NCBI GenBank assembly: GCA_039588275.1
Contig: JBDHAC010000010.1
Span: forward strand, 40,804-104,803
Length of the DNA stretch: 64,000 nt
Reading direction: 5' to 3'
Source of the DNA: Gemmatimonadota bacterium
GTDB lineage: Bacteria; Gemmatimonadota; Gemmatimonadetes; Palauibacterales; Palauibacteraceae
Within the stretch, counting starts at the first letter, position 1; the number at the start of each line of letters is the position of its first letter. The notes under the pieces were generated by a model, which did not search any database, was not told where the DNA came from, and was given only the letters and a program-made list of their open reading frames with translations. Shown here piece after piece: positions 27,097 through 36,981 of this stretch. A program made the position numbers and the translations under genes.

Positions 27097-29321
27097 TTAC
27101 CCTCCCGGAATGGTGGAGGCAAGTAGACCCAACATCTGCACGTATGCCCGGAAATCGCCTACATCGTAGCGACCGTTCTGGTTTCCGATGGAGTCCAGGA
27201 AGGCCACCACATCCGGCGTCAGCGCATTGGGCCCCAGGAGACTGTTGGCGGCTTCGCCGACCGTCGGCTGCCGGAGCGCGGCCGCTACGCCGAGCGTCAC
27301 GGCAGCCGTTTGCGGCGAATTACTTGCAGCCGGGTCCGAGATCGTGATGGTGGCGGCGTAGCTTCCGGGGCCGAGGTCCGAGCTGTTCACCGAAACCGTG
27401 ATCGTCTGCGACTGTCCCGCTCCCCGCGCCCCTGTCTCTGGGCTGAGGCTCACCCAGGTCTGATCCGTCACCGCCCGCCAGTTGAGCGTTCCGCCCCCGA
27501 GGTTCGTGACTGTGAGCGGCTGATCGGCGGGGTCGCTCCCCTCGTCAGCCGAATAGGTGAGCGCGTTCGGTGCTACCCCGATCGCCGGCGATGACGAGAC
27601 CGCCAAGTTGACGACGACGACTTGAGGGGAGTTACTCGCGCCCGTGTCGCTGATCGTGACCGCGCCCGCGTAGTTGCCTGCCGCCAGGTTGGCGCTGCCC
27701 ACACGGACGGTCACCGCCTGCGACTGGCCAGAGGTCAGAGAGCCGCCCTTCGGGCTTACGCTCAACCACGGTTGGTTGACCGCCGCTCCCCAATTGAGCG
27801 TGCCGCCTCCCGTGTTTGTCACGGTGACGGTCTGGGTCGGCGGATCGCGCCCTATCTGAGCGTTGAAGCTGAGAGAGCCGGGGGAGAGACCGATCGCGGG
27901 GAGCGCGGACACGGTCAGATCGACCGTCACGATCTGAGGGCTGTTACTCGCGGCCGGGTCACTAATCGTCACCGTCCCCGTGTAACTGCCGGTCGCCAGG
28001 CCGGCACTTGTCACCGTGACCGTGACCACCTGTGATGCGCCAGACGTCAGTGACCCTGAGCTCGGGCTGGCGTTAAGCCAGCTCTGGTCGACCGTCGCGC
28101 TCCAGTTGAGGGTGTTGGTCCCCGTGTTCGTCACGGTGACGGTCTGGGTCGGCGGATCGGTCCCGACCTGCGCTGCAAACGTGAGCGTGTTCGGGCTCAC
28201 GCCGATTGCCGGGGCTGAAAACACGGCCAGGTTCACGGTTACCGTCTGGGGGGAGTTGCTCGCGCCGGGATCGCTGATCGTGATGGTTCCGGCGTAGCCG
28301 CCAGCCGGGAGGTTCGCGCTGCTGACCATCACCGCGACGGCTTCGGACTGGCCGGCACCAAGCGACCCGCTGGTCGGGCTCACGCTGAGCCAACTCTGGT
28401 TCACGTTCGCAACCCAATTGAGCGTGCCACCCCCGGTGTTGGTGATCGTGATCGTCTGGCTTGGTGGATCCGTGCCCAGCGGGGTTCCGAATGTCAGCGT
28501 CGGCGGAGCCACCCCGATCGCGGGGAGCGCCGTCACCGTCAGGTCCACAGCCACGGTTTGGGGCGTGTTGCTGGCCGCCGGATCGCTCACGGTCACCGTG
28601 CCGCCGTACGTCCCCGCCGCCAGCCCGGAGCTCGTCACCGTCCGGAGCTCGTCACCGTCACGGTAATGTCCTCGGACGCGCCGGCCGCGAGCGAGCCCGA
28701 GCTGGGCGCCGCGTCGAGCCAGCCCTGGTCGACCGTGGCCGTCCAGTTGAGCGTTCCGCCACCCGTGTTGGTGACCGTCACGACCTGGGTCGGCGGATCC
28801 GTCCCCACCGTGGCCGCATACGTCAGCGTCGTCGGGTTCAGACCGATGGCCGGGGCCGCCGTCACCGTTGCAGCGAGACTGTTGTTGGTCTCGTCGCTCT
28901 CCGTCTCCGCGTCGTTCACGTCCACGATCGCGCCCAGGAAATACGTGCCCGGGGTGACGCTGGGTACCACGAACGTGCCGACGTGGGAGTCCGACGCCCC
29001 CGGGGTCAGATCCGTATTCTGGACCCAGGTGTCGACGTGGATGTCCGCCGTGGTGATGGTCTGGTCCGTGGAGAGGTATATGCGACCCTGCCACGTGTTA
29101 CTCGAGGTGGCCGTGCCCTGGTTCTCGTAGACGACGGTCGCCTGGATCGATTGCCCGATCTGAGCCGAGGCGGGTCCCGTGACGGAGGTTGGCACCAGAT
29201 CGGGGCTCTGGGCTACCAGCGTCGCTGCGGCGAGCGTCGTGAGGGAGAGCCCGATCGCGGCCGGGCCGACGATATTCAGCAGAGCACCGCGTGCGCCGCG
29301 GGCCCGTTTGGAAAACGGCAC
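27097..29321 (-). pseudogene. Secreted CARDB + 5x BACON-like Ig-repeat protein with C-terminal dockerin-like motif; frameshifted by a 17-bp duplication
   Basis: 5' ORF 28635..29321 (signal peptide, PDL...ESDETNN CARDB, start of repeat 1) continues in another frame (ORF ending 27097); removing one 17-bp copy gives 2208 bp = 735 aa + stop. Confidence 0.85.
28625..28658. repeat. Perfect 17-bp tandem duplication causing the frameshift
   Basis: CCGGAGCTCGTCACCGT at 28625-28641 and 28642-28658. Confidence 0.95.
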
Positions 29322-29335
29322 GTCAGGTCTATCCA

Positions 29336-29398
29336 GGGTACGTCGGGTACGTCCAGTTACGTCGGGTGCGCCAAAACGGCACCGCGCACCGGTACGTC
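29336..29398. promoter_or_regulatory. Short direct repeats (GGGTACGTC-like) just upstream of the BACON-repeat gene
   Basis: GGGTACGTC 29336, GGGTACGTC 29345, CAGTTACGTC 29354, GGGTGCGCC 29364, GGTACGTC 29391; regulatory role unproven. Confidence 0.35.
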
Positions 29399-29644
29399 AC
29401 GGCCTCAGAGCGACCCCACGATCACCGCCGACCCGCTAAACCCTGCACGGTGAATCGGCCGGTCGCTAACGTCACTATAAAGCTAGCACGATTCGCCTGG
29501 ACCTCCAAAACGCTCTTCGAGTCACATCGACCCCGCCCTTTGCGGCTCTTCCGGTCCTCGGTGGTTGACGCGCCCGGGCCGAGCGCGTATCTGGAGGCGT
29601 CTCTGGTCGCACCTTCCAGCCAACCCCTCACCAGGAGCATCTCG

Positions 29645-29938
29645 ATGAAGTTTCTCATCAGCTGGCGCGTTCACGACGACAAGCGACACGAAGTGCTGAA
29701 GGTCTTCTCCGCCATGACGGCCGAGGACGATCAGGCGGATGCGGGAGGAAGCATCAACGTCATCGGACGGTGGCACGACCTCGTTGGTTTCACGGGCGCC
29801 GCTATCTGCGAAACCGATGATCCCACGGCAGTCCACAAGTGGATCCTCAACTGGAACCACGTCTGCGACATCGAAGCGATCCCCGTACTGGACGACGAAG
29901 AGTGCAGGGCGGTCGGGCGTGAGAAGCTCGGCGACTGA
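29645..29938 (+). CDS. DUF3303-family small protein
   Basis: MKFLISW...IGRWHDL...G.AICETDD...W...W...DIEAIPVLDD pattern; AGGAG RBS. Confidence 0.82.
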   Translation: MKFLISWRVHDDKRHEVLKVFSAMTAEDDQADAGGSINVIGRWHDLVGFTGAAICETDDPTAVHKWILNWNHVCDIEAIPVLDDEECRAVGREKLGD

Positions 29939-30083
29939 ATCACGATCGTGCCGCGACCGAACCTCAGCCCTACAACCCGCGTAGTGGCCCCGGCGCCGTA
30001 GCCGCGGCAAGGCGGGAGTGACTCGCAAGTGAGAGTGAACGGGGGACACGCCGCAGAGCGTGCCCCCGCTCGCCGCGAGAAGG

Positions 30084-32759
30084 CTAGAAGCCGGGCGCGA
30101 GCATCACTGCGTTCTGAACCAACCGGGAGGCGCCGACCCAAAACATCCGGTATTGCGTGTCGTCGACCAGGAAGACGACCTGCCCCTGCCCCAACGGCTG
30201 TACCGCCGCGAACGCCTGCCCCGCCAGCTTCTCGAGGTTCTCCCCGGAGGCGTACCCGGCGGTCAACAAGGTTGCCGCATCCCCATCGTAGCGCCCGACC
30301 GTTCGTAGGCCTTCACCTGGCTCGAGCGCGCTCGAGCCGAACTTGAGCATGTACACCCGCTCGGGGAGCCCGGCAGCCATGGGGTGGGACGTGTCCAGCA
30401 TCCCGCGCAGGGCTGATCCCGGGACCTGCTGCAGACCGAAGAACCGTTGACGATCCTCGAATCGCAGGTACGCAGCGGGATCCTCGCCTGTCGCCTCGGC
30501 GGCTGCACCGGCCTCGGCGGCTGCACCGGCCTCGCCACCTTCCGCGTCCAGGCTCGGCGTGAGCTTCGCGCTGGTCAGGCCTGATCTCCCCTCCGTAAAG
30601 ATTATCGCGCTCGCCTGTGTGCCGATGAGCGTCCCCCCGGCACCCACCCACTCACGGAGCTGCTCCACACCCTCGTCGCCGAGCAAGCCACCCAGCCCGC
30701 CCGCGCTGGGGATCAGGATGACGTCGTACTCGTCCAGCTCTTCGGAGAGGAAATCCTGGGCCCGCAGCCGGGTGAGCCCGAGCTCCGTCTCCCGATCGAA
30801 CAGGAACCAGAGAAACCCCGCCGAATACGTCGAGATCGGGCTGTCGACCAGCATGGCGATCTTTGGCTCAGGAATCGGCCGGCTGTCATCCGAACCCAGA
30901 TCGATGCCGGAGGGCATCCGACCGCTATTCGACCCGACGATCTGGACACCGGCCGCCTGCGCGACCCGCTCCATGTCCGCGGCCGGATCCAATCCGGCGG
31001 GCTGCCGGCCGAGGAGGACGATCAGGGTGCCGATCCCGAACTCCCTGGTCCCATCGCCGAACGGCTTGCGCGCGAACCGGACCCGGTAGCCGGCGTCCCA
31101 CAATCTCGCCAATGCCTTGGGAGCGCCCCGCTGCCGCCACTCGACCAGGTACGCGTACGTCGCGCCGGGATTCACCACACCCGATGGCGCGCTCGGTGCC
31201 GCCGTGAGGGGGGTCGTGACGACTCCCGTCCCGCTGGCGGTCCAATACGCGTCGAGGTTATAGGCCAGCGGCGCCGACCAGGTGGCCATGTCGTACATAA
31301 CCGAATCCTCGATCGCCAGGTTTCGGCCGAGCACCGTGTTGATGAACAGATGACGCGGTTGATCGGCGCGGACGATGAAGGTGCCCGCCGCGAACGTCCG
31401 GCGCTGCGGAACATCATCCCAGTAGTCGCGGGCGTCCGCGACCGTGAAATCCGCACTCGCCCTATCCACCTCCACGCCGTGCCGCAGCAGCATGTCGATG
31501 ACCCCGTAGAGCCATGTCGAGCGCTGCGGATCGTCGGGGAACAGATACGCCGCCGCGGGCCCCTTGTTGGTGCCCTGGCCATGCGCGTCGCGAAAATAGC
31601 GCAGGAGCTCGGCCCGATTCTCGACCGCCGTTCGGATGGTGGCCATCGATGTCGTGTAGTGGTCGAAGATCCGCTGGCGGAGCGTGAGGACGTATCCGTC
31701 GTTCGTCTCGACCGCGCGGGCGCCGCGTCCCCCGCCCCCCTGCTCCACCAACATCCCGATCCCACCCATGACGCTCGGATAAGAAGAACCGTAACCGGGA
31801 TAGAAGAAGTCGAACGACTCGCCCGTGGCATACATGAGACGGTTCTGATCGAACGCATCGGTGTTCGCGCGCCCGAAGGTCGCGTCCCAGCGCTCGTAAT
31901 CATCCGGGAGCAGCAGGTTACGAGGAGTGGTGCCGGGGTGCGTGAAATAGTTGTCGTTGAAGCTCTGCTCGTGGTGGTCCACATGGACCTGTGGAAGCCA
32001 CCGCTGGTACGCCGCGATTCGGCCCCGTGACTCCGGGTGCACGAGCCACACCCAGTCACGGTTCAAGTCGAACCAGTAGTGGTTGGTGCGTCCGCCCGGC
32101 CACGGCTCATCGTGCTCGAACTCCCTCGAGCTCGTGGTCAGGACGTTGCTCTGCACCGATCGATACCAGTTCACGTACCGGTCGCGGCCGTCCGGGTTGA
32201 TGCAGGGATCGAGGACAACGACGGACTCTCCGAGCCAGCGCTCGATGTCGGCGTCGCGGCCTGCCGCCAGCCCATACGCGACCTGCATCGACGCCTCGGT
32301 CGATGAGGCCTCGTTCCCGTGCACGTTGTAGCTCAACCACGTGATCACGGGCTCGGAGGCCATATGTGTCTCCGCGTCCGCATCGCTCATCGAGCCCGGG
32401 TCCGCGAGCCCGAGATTGGCCTGCCGAATCTGCTCCAGTCGGCCGTGGTTCGCGGGGGTGGTGATGACCAGCGTGTAGAGCGGGCGGTCTTCGTAGGTCC
32501 GGCCATACTCTTCCATGGTCACGCGATCCGAGGCGGCGGCCAGGGCCTGCAAGTACGCCACGACGCGGTGGTGCGGCGTGAACTCGACTCCCAACTCGTA
32601 GCCGAGAAATTCGGCGGGAGACTGAATCGCCGGGTCGTAGCTCCCCTCCGGCGAGAAGGCGAACCGTTCCGGAACGAGAGGGTCCTGCGCGTGAAGCCAA
32701 CCACCGAGGCCCAGGGAGAGGGCCGCAGCCGCCATCGGTGCTCGTATCCTGTCGATCAT
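30084..32759 (-). CDS. M14-family zinc carboxypeptidase, exported, with C-terminal class-I GATase-like domain
   Basis: YGRTYEDRPL, HGNE, NPDG, GGRTNHYWFDLNRDW, DHHE; signal peptide. Confidence 0.92.
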   Translation of the reverse strand: MIDRIRAPMAAAALSLGLGGWLHAQDPLVPERFAFSPEGSYDPAIQSPAEFLGYELGVEFTPHHRVVAYLQALAAASDRVTMEEYGRTYEDRPLYTLVITTPANHGRLEQIRQANLGLADPGSMSDADAETHMASEPVITWLSYNVHGNEASSTEASMQVAYGLAAGRDADIERWLGESVVVLDPCINPDGRDRYVNWYRSVQSNVLTTSSREFEHDEPWPGGRTNHYWFDLNRDWVWLVHPESRGRIAAYQRWLPQVHVDHHEQSFNDNYFTHPGTTPRNLLLPDDYERWDATFGRANTDAFDQNRLMYATGESFDFFYPGYGSSYPSVMGGIGMLVEQGGGGRGARAVETNDGYVLTLRQRIFDHYTTSMATIRTAVENRAELLRYFRDAHGQGTNKGPAAAYLFPDDPQRSTWLYGVIDMLLRHGVEVDRASADFTVADARDYWDDVPQRRTFAAGTFIVRADQPRHLFINTVLGRNLAIEDSVMYDMATWSAPLAYNLDAYWTASGTGVVTTPLTAAPSAPSGVVNPGATYAYLVEWRQRGAPKALARLWDAGYRVRFARKPFGDGTREFGIGTLIVLLGRQPAGLDPAADMERVAQAAGVQIVGSNSGRMPSGIDLGSDDSRPIPEPKIAMLVDSPISTYSAGFLWFLFDRETELGLTRLRAQDFLSEELDEYDVILIPSAGGLGGLLGDEGVEQLREWVGAGGTLIGTQASAIIFTEGRSGLTSAKLTPSLDAEGGEAGAAAEAGAAAEATGEDPAAYLRFEDRQRFFGLQQVPGSALRGMLDTSHPMAAGLPERVYMLKFGSSALEPGEGLRTVGRYDGDAATLLTAGYASGENLEKLAGQAFAAVQPLGQGQVVFLVDDTQYRMFWVGASRLVQNAVMLAPGF
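30493..30534. repeat. Perfect 18-bp in-frame tandem duplication (EAGAAA x2) in a linker of the M14 peptidase
   Basis: GCCTCGGCGGCTGCACCG at 30493 and 30511 plus a partial copy. Confidence 0.9.
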
Positions 32760-32956
32760 CGATCCACTCTGGTGAGGGGGCTCCGCTAGGCGCCTGCCTC
32801 TCCGCGAGGCCGCGGAGCGCGAGAACGCCGTTGAACATGGGTCGGCAATCTACGGGGAGGATTGCGTCGTAGGCACGGGCGGCCCACTCCTCGCCGTAAT
32901 CCGGTTCCACCTGCATACTGGTTCAGTCCAGCAACCTCACTCACAGAGGCGAAACG

Positions 32957-35041
32957 ATGATCCGCTTCACCGCGCGCACGCTCGCACGAATCGTTGTCCT
33001 CCAGATATTCCTGCTGGCGTCAGGCATGACGCTTTCGGCACAGGAGTCGCCCGCATCGGAAACGAGCCCGCGTCCCATGACCGTTGAGGACGTGCTCGCG
33101 CTCAAGAGCGTCGGGCAGGTGACGATAAGCCCCAACGGAGGCTGGGTTGCTTACGTAGTGACGACGCGCGACTTCGAGGAGGACCGCAACGAAACGGACC
33201 TATGGGTCGTCTCCACCGACCCCGACGGCGGACCGCCGCGTCGGCTCACGTACCGTGAGGGCGCCGATAACGCGCCGCGGTGGCACCCCGACAGCGGGTG
33301 GCTCGCGTTCGGATCGGACCGCGGCGAGAAACGTCAGGTGTACGGCATCCGACCCGACGGGGGCGAAGCCTGGCAGGTGACGGACTTCGAGACCGCTGTG
33401 GGCCAATTCCGCTTCTCTCCCGACGGATCGCAACTCGCGTTCACGTCCTCCCCGGAGCCCACCGAGGCGGACGAGGAGCTCGAGAAGACGCGCGGCCGCC
33501 CCATCGTGTGGGACAGCGCGTACACGGACCAATGGTCCCGGCTTTACTCGGCCCCGCTCGAGGATGACCGGATCGGTGAGGCGAGCCGGCGTTCTCCCGA
33601 TTCCGTGTACGTCAACGGGTTCACGTGGGGACCGGACTCGCGGGCGATCGCGTTTGGCGGCCGGCCGTCACCGGCCCTGCGCACGTATCGGCTGGGCAGC
33701 GTCTACGTGCAGATGGAGCCCGATGTTCCCGCACGGCAGGTGACCACGATGCCCGGCGGTGAGAATCCGGTGGCGTGGAGTGAAGGTGTGGGTCTTATCG
33801 TATCGGGCTCCGGCCACGAGCTCGGCACCCACAACGGGCAGCTGTGGGGGATCCCGCTGAGCGATGCGGGCGAGGCGGCCGGCGAACCAGTCTCGCTCAC
33901 GGGCGGCCTGGACGAGAACGCGGGCTTCGTCGTCGTGACGTCCGAGGAGCTCCTCGTGCAGGCCGCGCACCGGACGGGGCGGCGTCTCTACCGCATCCCG
34001 CTCGAGGGCGCCGGGGCGGGTGGTGCCGGGGTCCGCGCGTCAGGCCCTCCAGAGGCCTTGACCGACGACGCGCGTTTCTATTCAGGGTTCTCCGCCACGA
34101 AGGATGGCTCTCAGGTGGCCTTCACGGCAGAGGATGCGGCCAATCCCGCCGACGTGTACGTCACCACCACCACTGGGTTCGGTGTTCAGCGGCTCACCGA
34201 CATGAACCCACAGGTGCAGGACTTCGAGCTCGGCGACCAGCGCGTGGTGTCGTGGCGTTCCCGCGCAGACGGCGAGGAGATCGAGGGAGTTCTCACGCTT
34301 CCGGTCGGTTACCGCGACGGAGACCGTGTTCCCCTCGTGCTCGTGATCCACGGCGGACCCTCCGGAGTCTCTTCGGATCGGTTTTCCGCCACGCGGGGCG
34401 CGTATCCGATCCAGGTGTACGCCGGGCTGGGCATCGCCACCTTGCAGCCCAACTACAGGGGCTCGACAGGATATGGCGAGCGATTCCGCGGCCTCAACCG
34501 CGGCGACATATCGGGTCGCGACTGGATCGACATCGACTCGGGGGTCGACACGATGATCGAGCTCGGGATCGCGGATCCGGATCGCCTCGGCGTGAGTGGA
34601 TGGAGCTTCGGTGGCCACCACACTTATTGGGGAATCACGCAGACCGATCGGTTCGCGGCGGCCAGCGCGGGGGCGGGCGCCAATGACCTCGTCTCCATGT
34701 ACTCGCAGACGGACCTCCCGGAGTTCTACCACACGTACTTGGGCCCGAGACCGTGGGAGGACTTCGATCTGTACGAGGAGCGCTCCGCCTACCGCTACGT
34801 CGAGAACGTCACGACACCGTTGCTCATCCAAGTGGGCGAACGGGACGAGCGGGTTCCCGCCGAGCAGAGTATTCAGTTCTACGAGGCGGTGAGGGCGATC
34901 GGGAAAGCCCCCGTTGCGCTGGTCCTGTATCCAGGTCAACCACACGGGGTTAGGGCACCGCGTCTCGTCCGAGATCTCATGTCCAGAAACGTGGAATGGC
35001 TCACGAAGTGGCTCCTCGAGGAGCAGAAGCTCGTGCCGTAA
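32957..35041 (+). CDS. S9-family prolyl oligopeptidase / acylaminoacyl peptidase, exported
   Basis: PD40-like SPNG/SPDG blades, IHGGP, NYRGSTGYG, GWSFGG (Ser), DERVP (Asp), QPHG (His). Confidence 0.93.
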   Translation: MIRFTARTLARIVVLQIFLLASGMTLSAQESPASETSPRPMTVEDVLALKSVGQVTISPNGGWVAYVVTTRDFEEDRNETDLWVVSTDPDGGPPRRLTYREGADNAPRWHPDSGWLAFGSDRGEKRQVYGIRPDGGEAWQVTDFETAVGQFRFSPDGSQLAFTSSPEPTEADEELEKTRGRPIVWDSAYTDQWSRLYSAPLEDDRIGEASRRSPDSVYVNGFTWGPDSRAIAFGGRPSPALRTYRLGSVYVQMEPDVPARQVTTMPGGENPVAWSEGVGLIVSGSGHELGTHNGQLWGIPLSDAGEAAGEPVSLTGGLDENAGFVVVTSEELLVQAAHRTGRRLYRIPLEGAGAGGAGVRASGPPEALTDDARFYSGFSATKDGSQVAFTAEDAANPADVYVTTTTGFGVQRLTDMNPQVQDFELGDQRVVSWRSRADGEEIEGVLTLPVGYRDGDRVPLVLVIHGGPSGVSSDRFSATRGAYPIQVYAGLGIATLQPNYRGSTGYGERFRGLNRGDISGRDWIDIDSGVDTMIELGIADPDRLGVSGWSFGGHHTYWGITQTDRFAAASAGAGANDLVSMYSQTDLPEFYHTYLGPRPWEDFDLYEERSAYRYVENVTTPLLIQVGERDERVPAEQSIQFYEAVRAIGKAPVALVLYPGQPHGVRAPRLVRDLMSRNVEWLTKWLLEEQKLVP

Positions 35042-35116
35042 CGGACCCACGCGTGAGTGGTCCCGATCGTCATGGTCCGTGCACGCTCGCATAGAACACA
35101 GACACAGGAGAATCCG

Positions 35117-35797
35117 ATGAGGAGACGACCCCGCGCCTCTGTCGGGCGGGCCCGAGCATCGGTGGAGCCGACCCTCGGCCGACTCCTGTCGGGCATCGCG
35201 ATCTGTCTGCTCTTGGCCTCGAGCCTACACGGCCAGGTTTCGGCTGCCGAGGTCGTCTCACAGGAACTTCGCGAAGCACCGCAAGAGGATTCCCGGTCGT
35301 GGATGACGCGGCTGATCGACGTGATGGACCTCCAACCCGGCATGACGGCGGCGGATGTCGGGGCAGGCAACGGACGGTGGGCGGCAGGCATGGCCCGGCA
35401 TATCGGCTCGGATGGACAGGTGTTCGCGAACGAGATCGTGGAGCGTCTGCTCGAGCGGATTCGCCGCACGGCGGACGAGCTCGGCGTCGACAACGTGGTC
35501 CCCGTGCTCGGAAGCGAGACCGATGCCAACCTTCCGCCCGAATGCTGTGACCGAATGCTGGTGCGGTTGGCGTACCACGAGTTCCGGCACGAGGAGCCGA
35601 TGAGCGCCACGATGCTCGCAGCTTTGAAGCCGGGAGGGTTCCTCGTGATCATCGAGAACTCCGGACAGCACTCTCACAGCATCGCGCCTGCACTAGTGAT
35701 CCAGCAGCTCAGCGCCGCGGGTTTCGAGTTCGTCCGCCAGATAGACGGGTGGGATGACCGCCCGAGCCGATACCTGCAGCTGTTCCGAAAGCCGTAG
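35117..35797 (+). CDS. Class I SAM-dependent methyltransferase with signal-peptide-like N-terminus
   Basis: AADVGAGNG motif I, YHEF, LKPGGFLVIIE; AGGAG RBS. Confidence 0.85.
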   Translation: MRRRPRASVGRARASVEPTLGRLLSGIAICLLLASSLHGQVSAAEVVSQELREAPQEDSRSWMTRLIDVMDLQPGMTAADVGAGNGRWAAGMARHIGSDGQVFANEIVERLLERIRRTADELGVDNVVPVLGSETDANLPPECCDRMLVRLAYHEFRHEEPMSATMLAALKPGGFLVIIENSGQHSHSIAPALVIQQLSAAGFEFVRQIDGWDDRPSRYLQLFRKP

Positions 35798-35836
35798 CCC
35801 GCCCCGCCACCCTACGATCGAAGAGGACTCTGCCAA

Positions 35837-36193
35837 GTGACACTCCTTAGACTGATCCCGTTCATCCTGGCTTCCCTGGTCCTGGGAGCACACTTCCTCA
35901 GGGATGGGCTCGTCGTTCTCGTGGCTGTCTGCGCGCTGCTCCCCTTCCTACTCCTGGTCCGGAGACGCTGGGTTCTGCCGCTCCTGCAGGTCTACATCCT
36001 CGTGGGTGCACTCGTTTGGGCGCAGACGACGTACGCCCTCGTGCGATCCCGCGGGGCAGAGGGAGAGCCATGGACACGGATGTTCCTGATCCTGGGTGGG
36101 GTCACGGTCTTCACGCTGTGGGCCGGATATCTCCTGCGTTCCCAGCGCGTGCGGGAACGGTACACGCGTGATTCAGGAGAGATGGACCGATAG
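35837..36193 (+). CDS. Small hypothetical membrane protein (about 4 TM)
   Basis: LGAHFLR, hydrophobic segments, PWTRMFLILG; GAGG RBS. Confidence 0.8.
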   Translation: MTLLRLIPFILASLVLGAHFLRDGLVVLVAVCALLPFLLLVRRRWVLPLLQVYILVGALVWAQTTYALVRSRGAEGEPWTRMFLILGGVTVFTLWAGYLLRSQRVRERYTRDSGEMDR

Positions 36194-36264
36194 TGGACGG
36201 ATCTCGGCGGGGTCGGTGCCGGGGAGTCTGCCCACGGGGGATGCACAGCGAGAGGAGAAGGAGC

Positions 36265-36957
36265 GTGGAAGCGCGAATGCACCGGGGCCTCACCCTTGCC
36301 GCCTTGCTCTCATGGGCCTTCATGGGATTCCCGGGAGCCGTTCTCGGCCAACCCGCGCGTCAGCCACTTCGAACCATCGTCGAGGATTTCGAGGCCGGCT
36401 GGGAGGACCGTTGGCGGACGCAGAATCTGGGACGCGGTCGGACGGCGTATACGGCCGTGGACGGTGGTGACTCTCGCGCACTGCGGGCGATCAGCGACGA
36501 TGCAGGCTCGGCCGTTGTCCGACCCCTATACCTCGCTGACCTGACCGAGGGCACGATCGAGTGGCGGTGGAAAGTTGCAGGCAGTATCGCGGGCAACGAT
36601 CGCGAGCGCGAGCGAGCCGGTGACGACTACGCGGCGAGGCTGTTCGTCGTTTTCGGCTCCAGAAGTTCCATCCGTGATGCCATCTGCTACGTGTGGGCGG
36701 CGGGGGAGCCTTCCGGGAGCGTGTACCCGAGCCCGTACGTCAAGAGCGTCGCCATGATCGTGCTGCAGAGCGGTGACGCGCGGGCCGGGGAGTGGATCAC
36801 CGAACGCCGGGATGTGCTCGCCGATTATCGAGCGTTCTTCGGCGAGGATCCGGAAGCCCCCACCGCGATCGCGTTGATGGTCGACACCGATGATACCGGG
36901 TCGAGCGGCCTGGCCTGGTTCGACGACATTCGCCTCGAGGTGAGGGAGAAACCGTAG
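36265..36957 (+). CDS. DUF3047-family exported protein
   Basis: WRWKV, GDDYAARLFVVF, ICYVW, WITERRDVLADY..FFG, MVDTDDT, FDDI; AAGGAG RBS before GTG 36265. Confidence 0.85.
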   Translation: MEARMHRGLTLAALLSWAFMGFPGAVLGQPARQPLRTIVEDFEAGWEDRWRTQNLGRGRTAYTAVDGGDSRALRAISDDAGSAVVRPLYLADLTEGTIEWRWKVAGSIAGNDRERERAGDDYAARLFVVFGSRSSIRDAICYVWAAGEPSGSVYPSPYVKSVAMIVLQSGDARAGEWITERRDVLADYRAFFGEDPEAPTAIALMVDTDDTGSSGLAWFDDIRLEVREKP

Positions 36958-36981
36958 CCCGCCTCGTAGAACTCGGGCGAC

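Noticed and set aside
27277..28860. About 300-bp periodic repeats considered as a CRISPR array or DGR template/variable repeats
   Set aside because: They are in-frame protein domain repeats; no spacers, cas genes, reverse transcriptase or adenine-specific mismatch pattern.
28660..29094. N-terminal part of ORF 27097..29094 (MAGSHIPLHG...)
   Set aside because: Off-frame reading upstream of the 17-bp duplication; the real frame there is ORF 28635..29321.
32107..32916. ORF starting MQVEPDYGEEWAARAYDAILP upstream of the M14 gene
   Set aside because: The first 45 codons look protein-like and might be a remnant, but the rest overlaps the M14 gene out of frame and I recognise no family.
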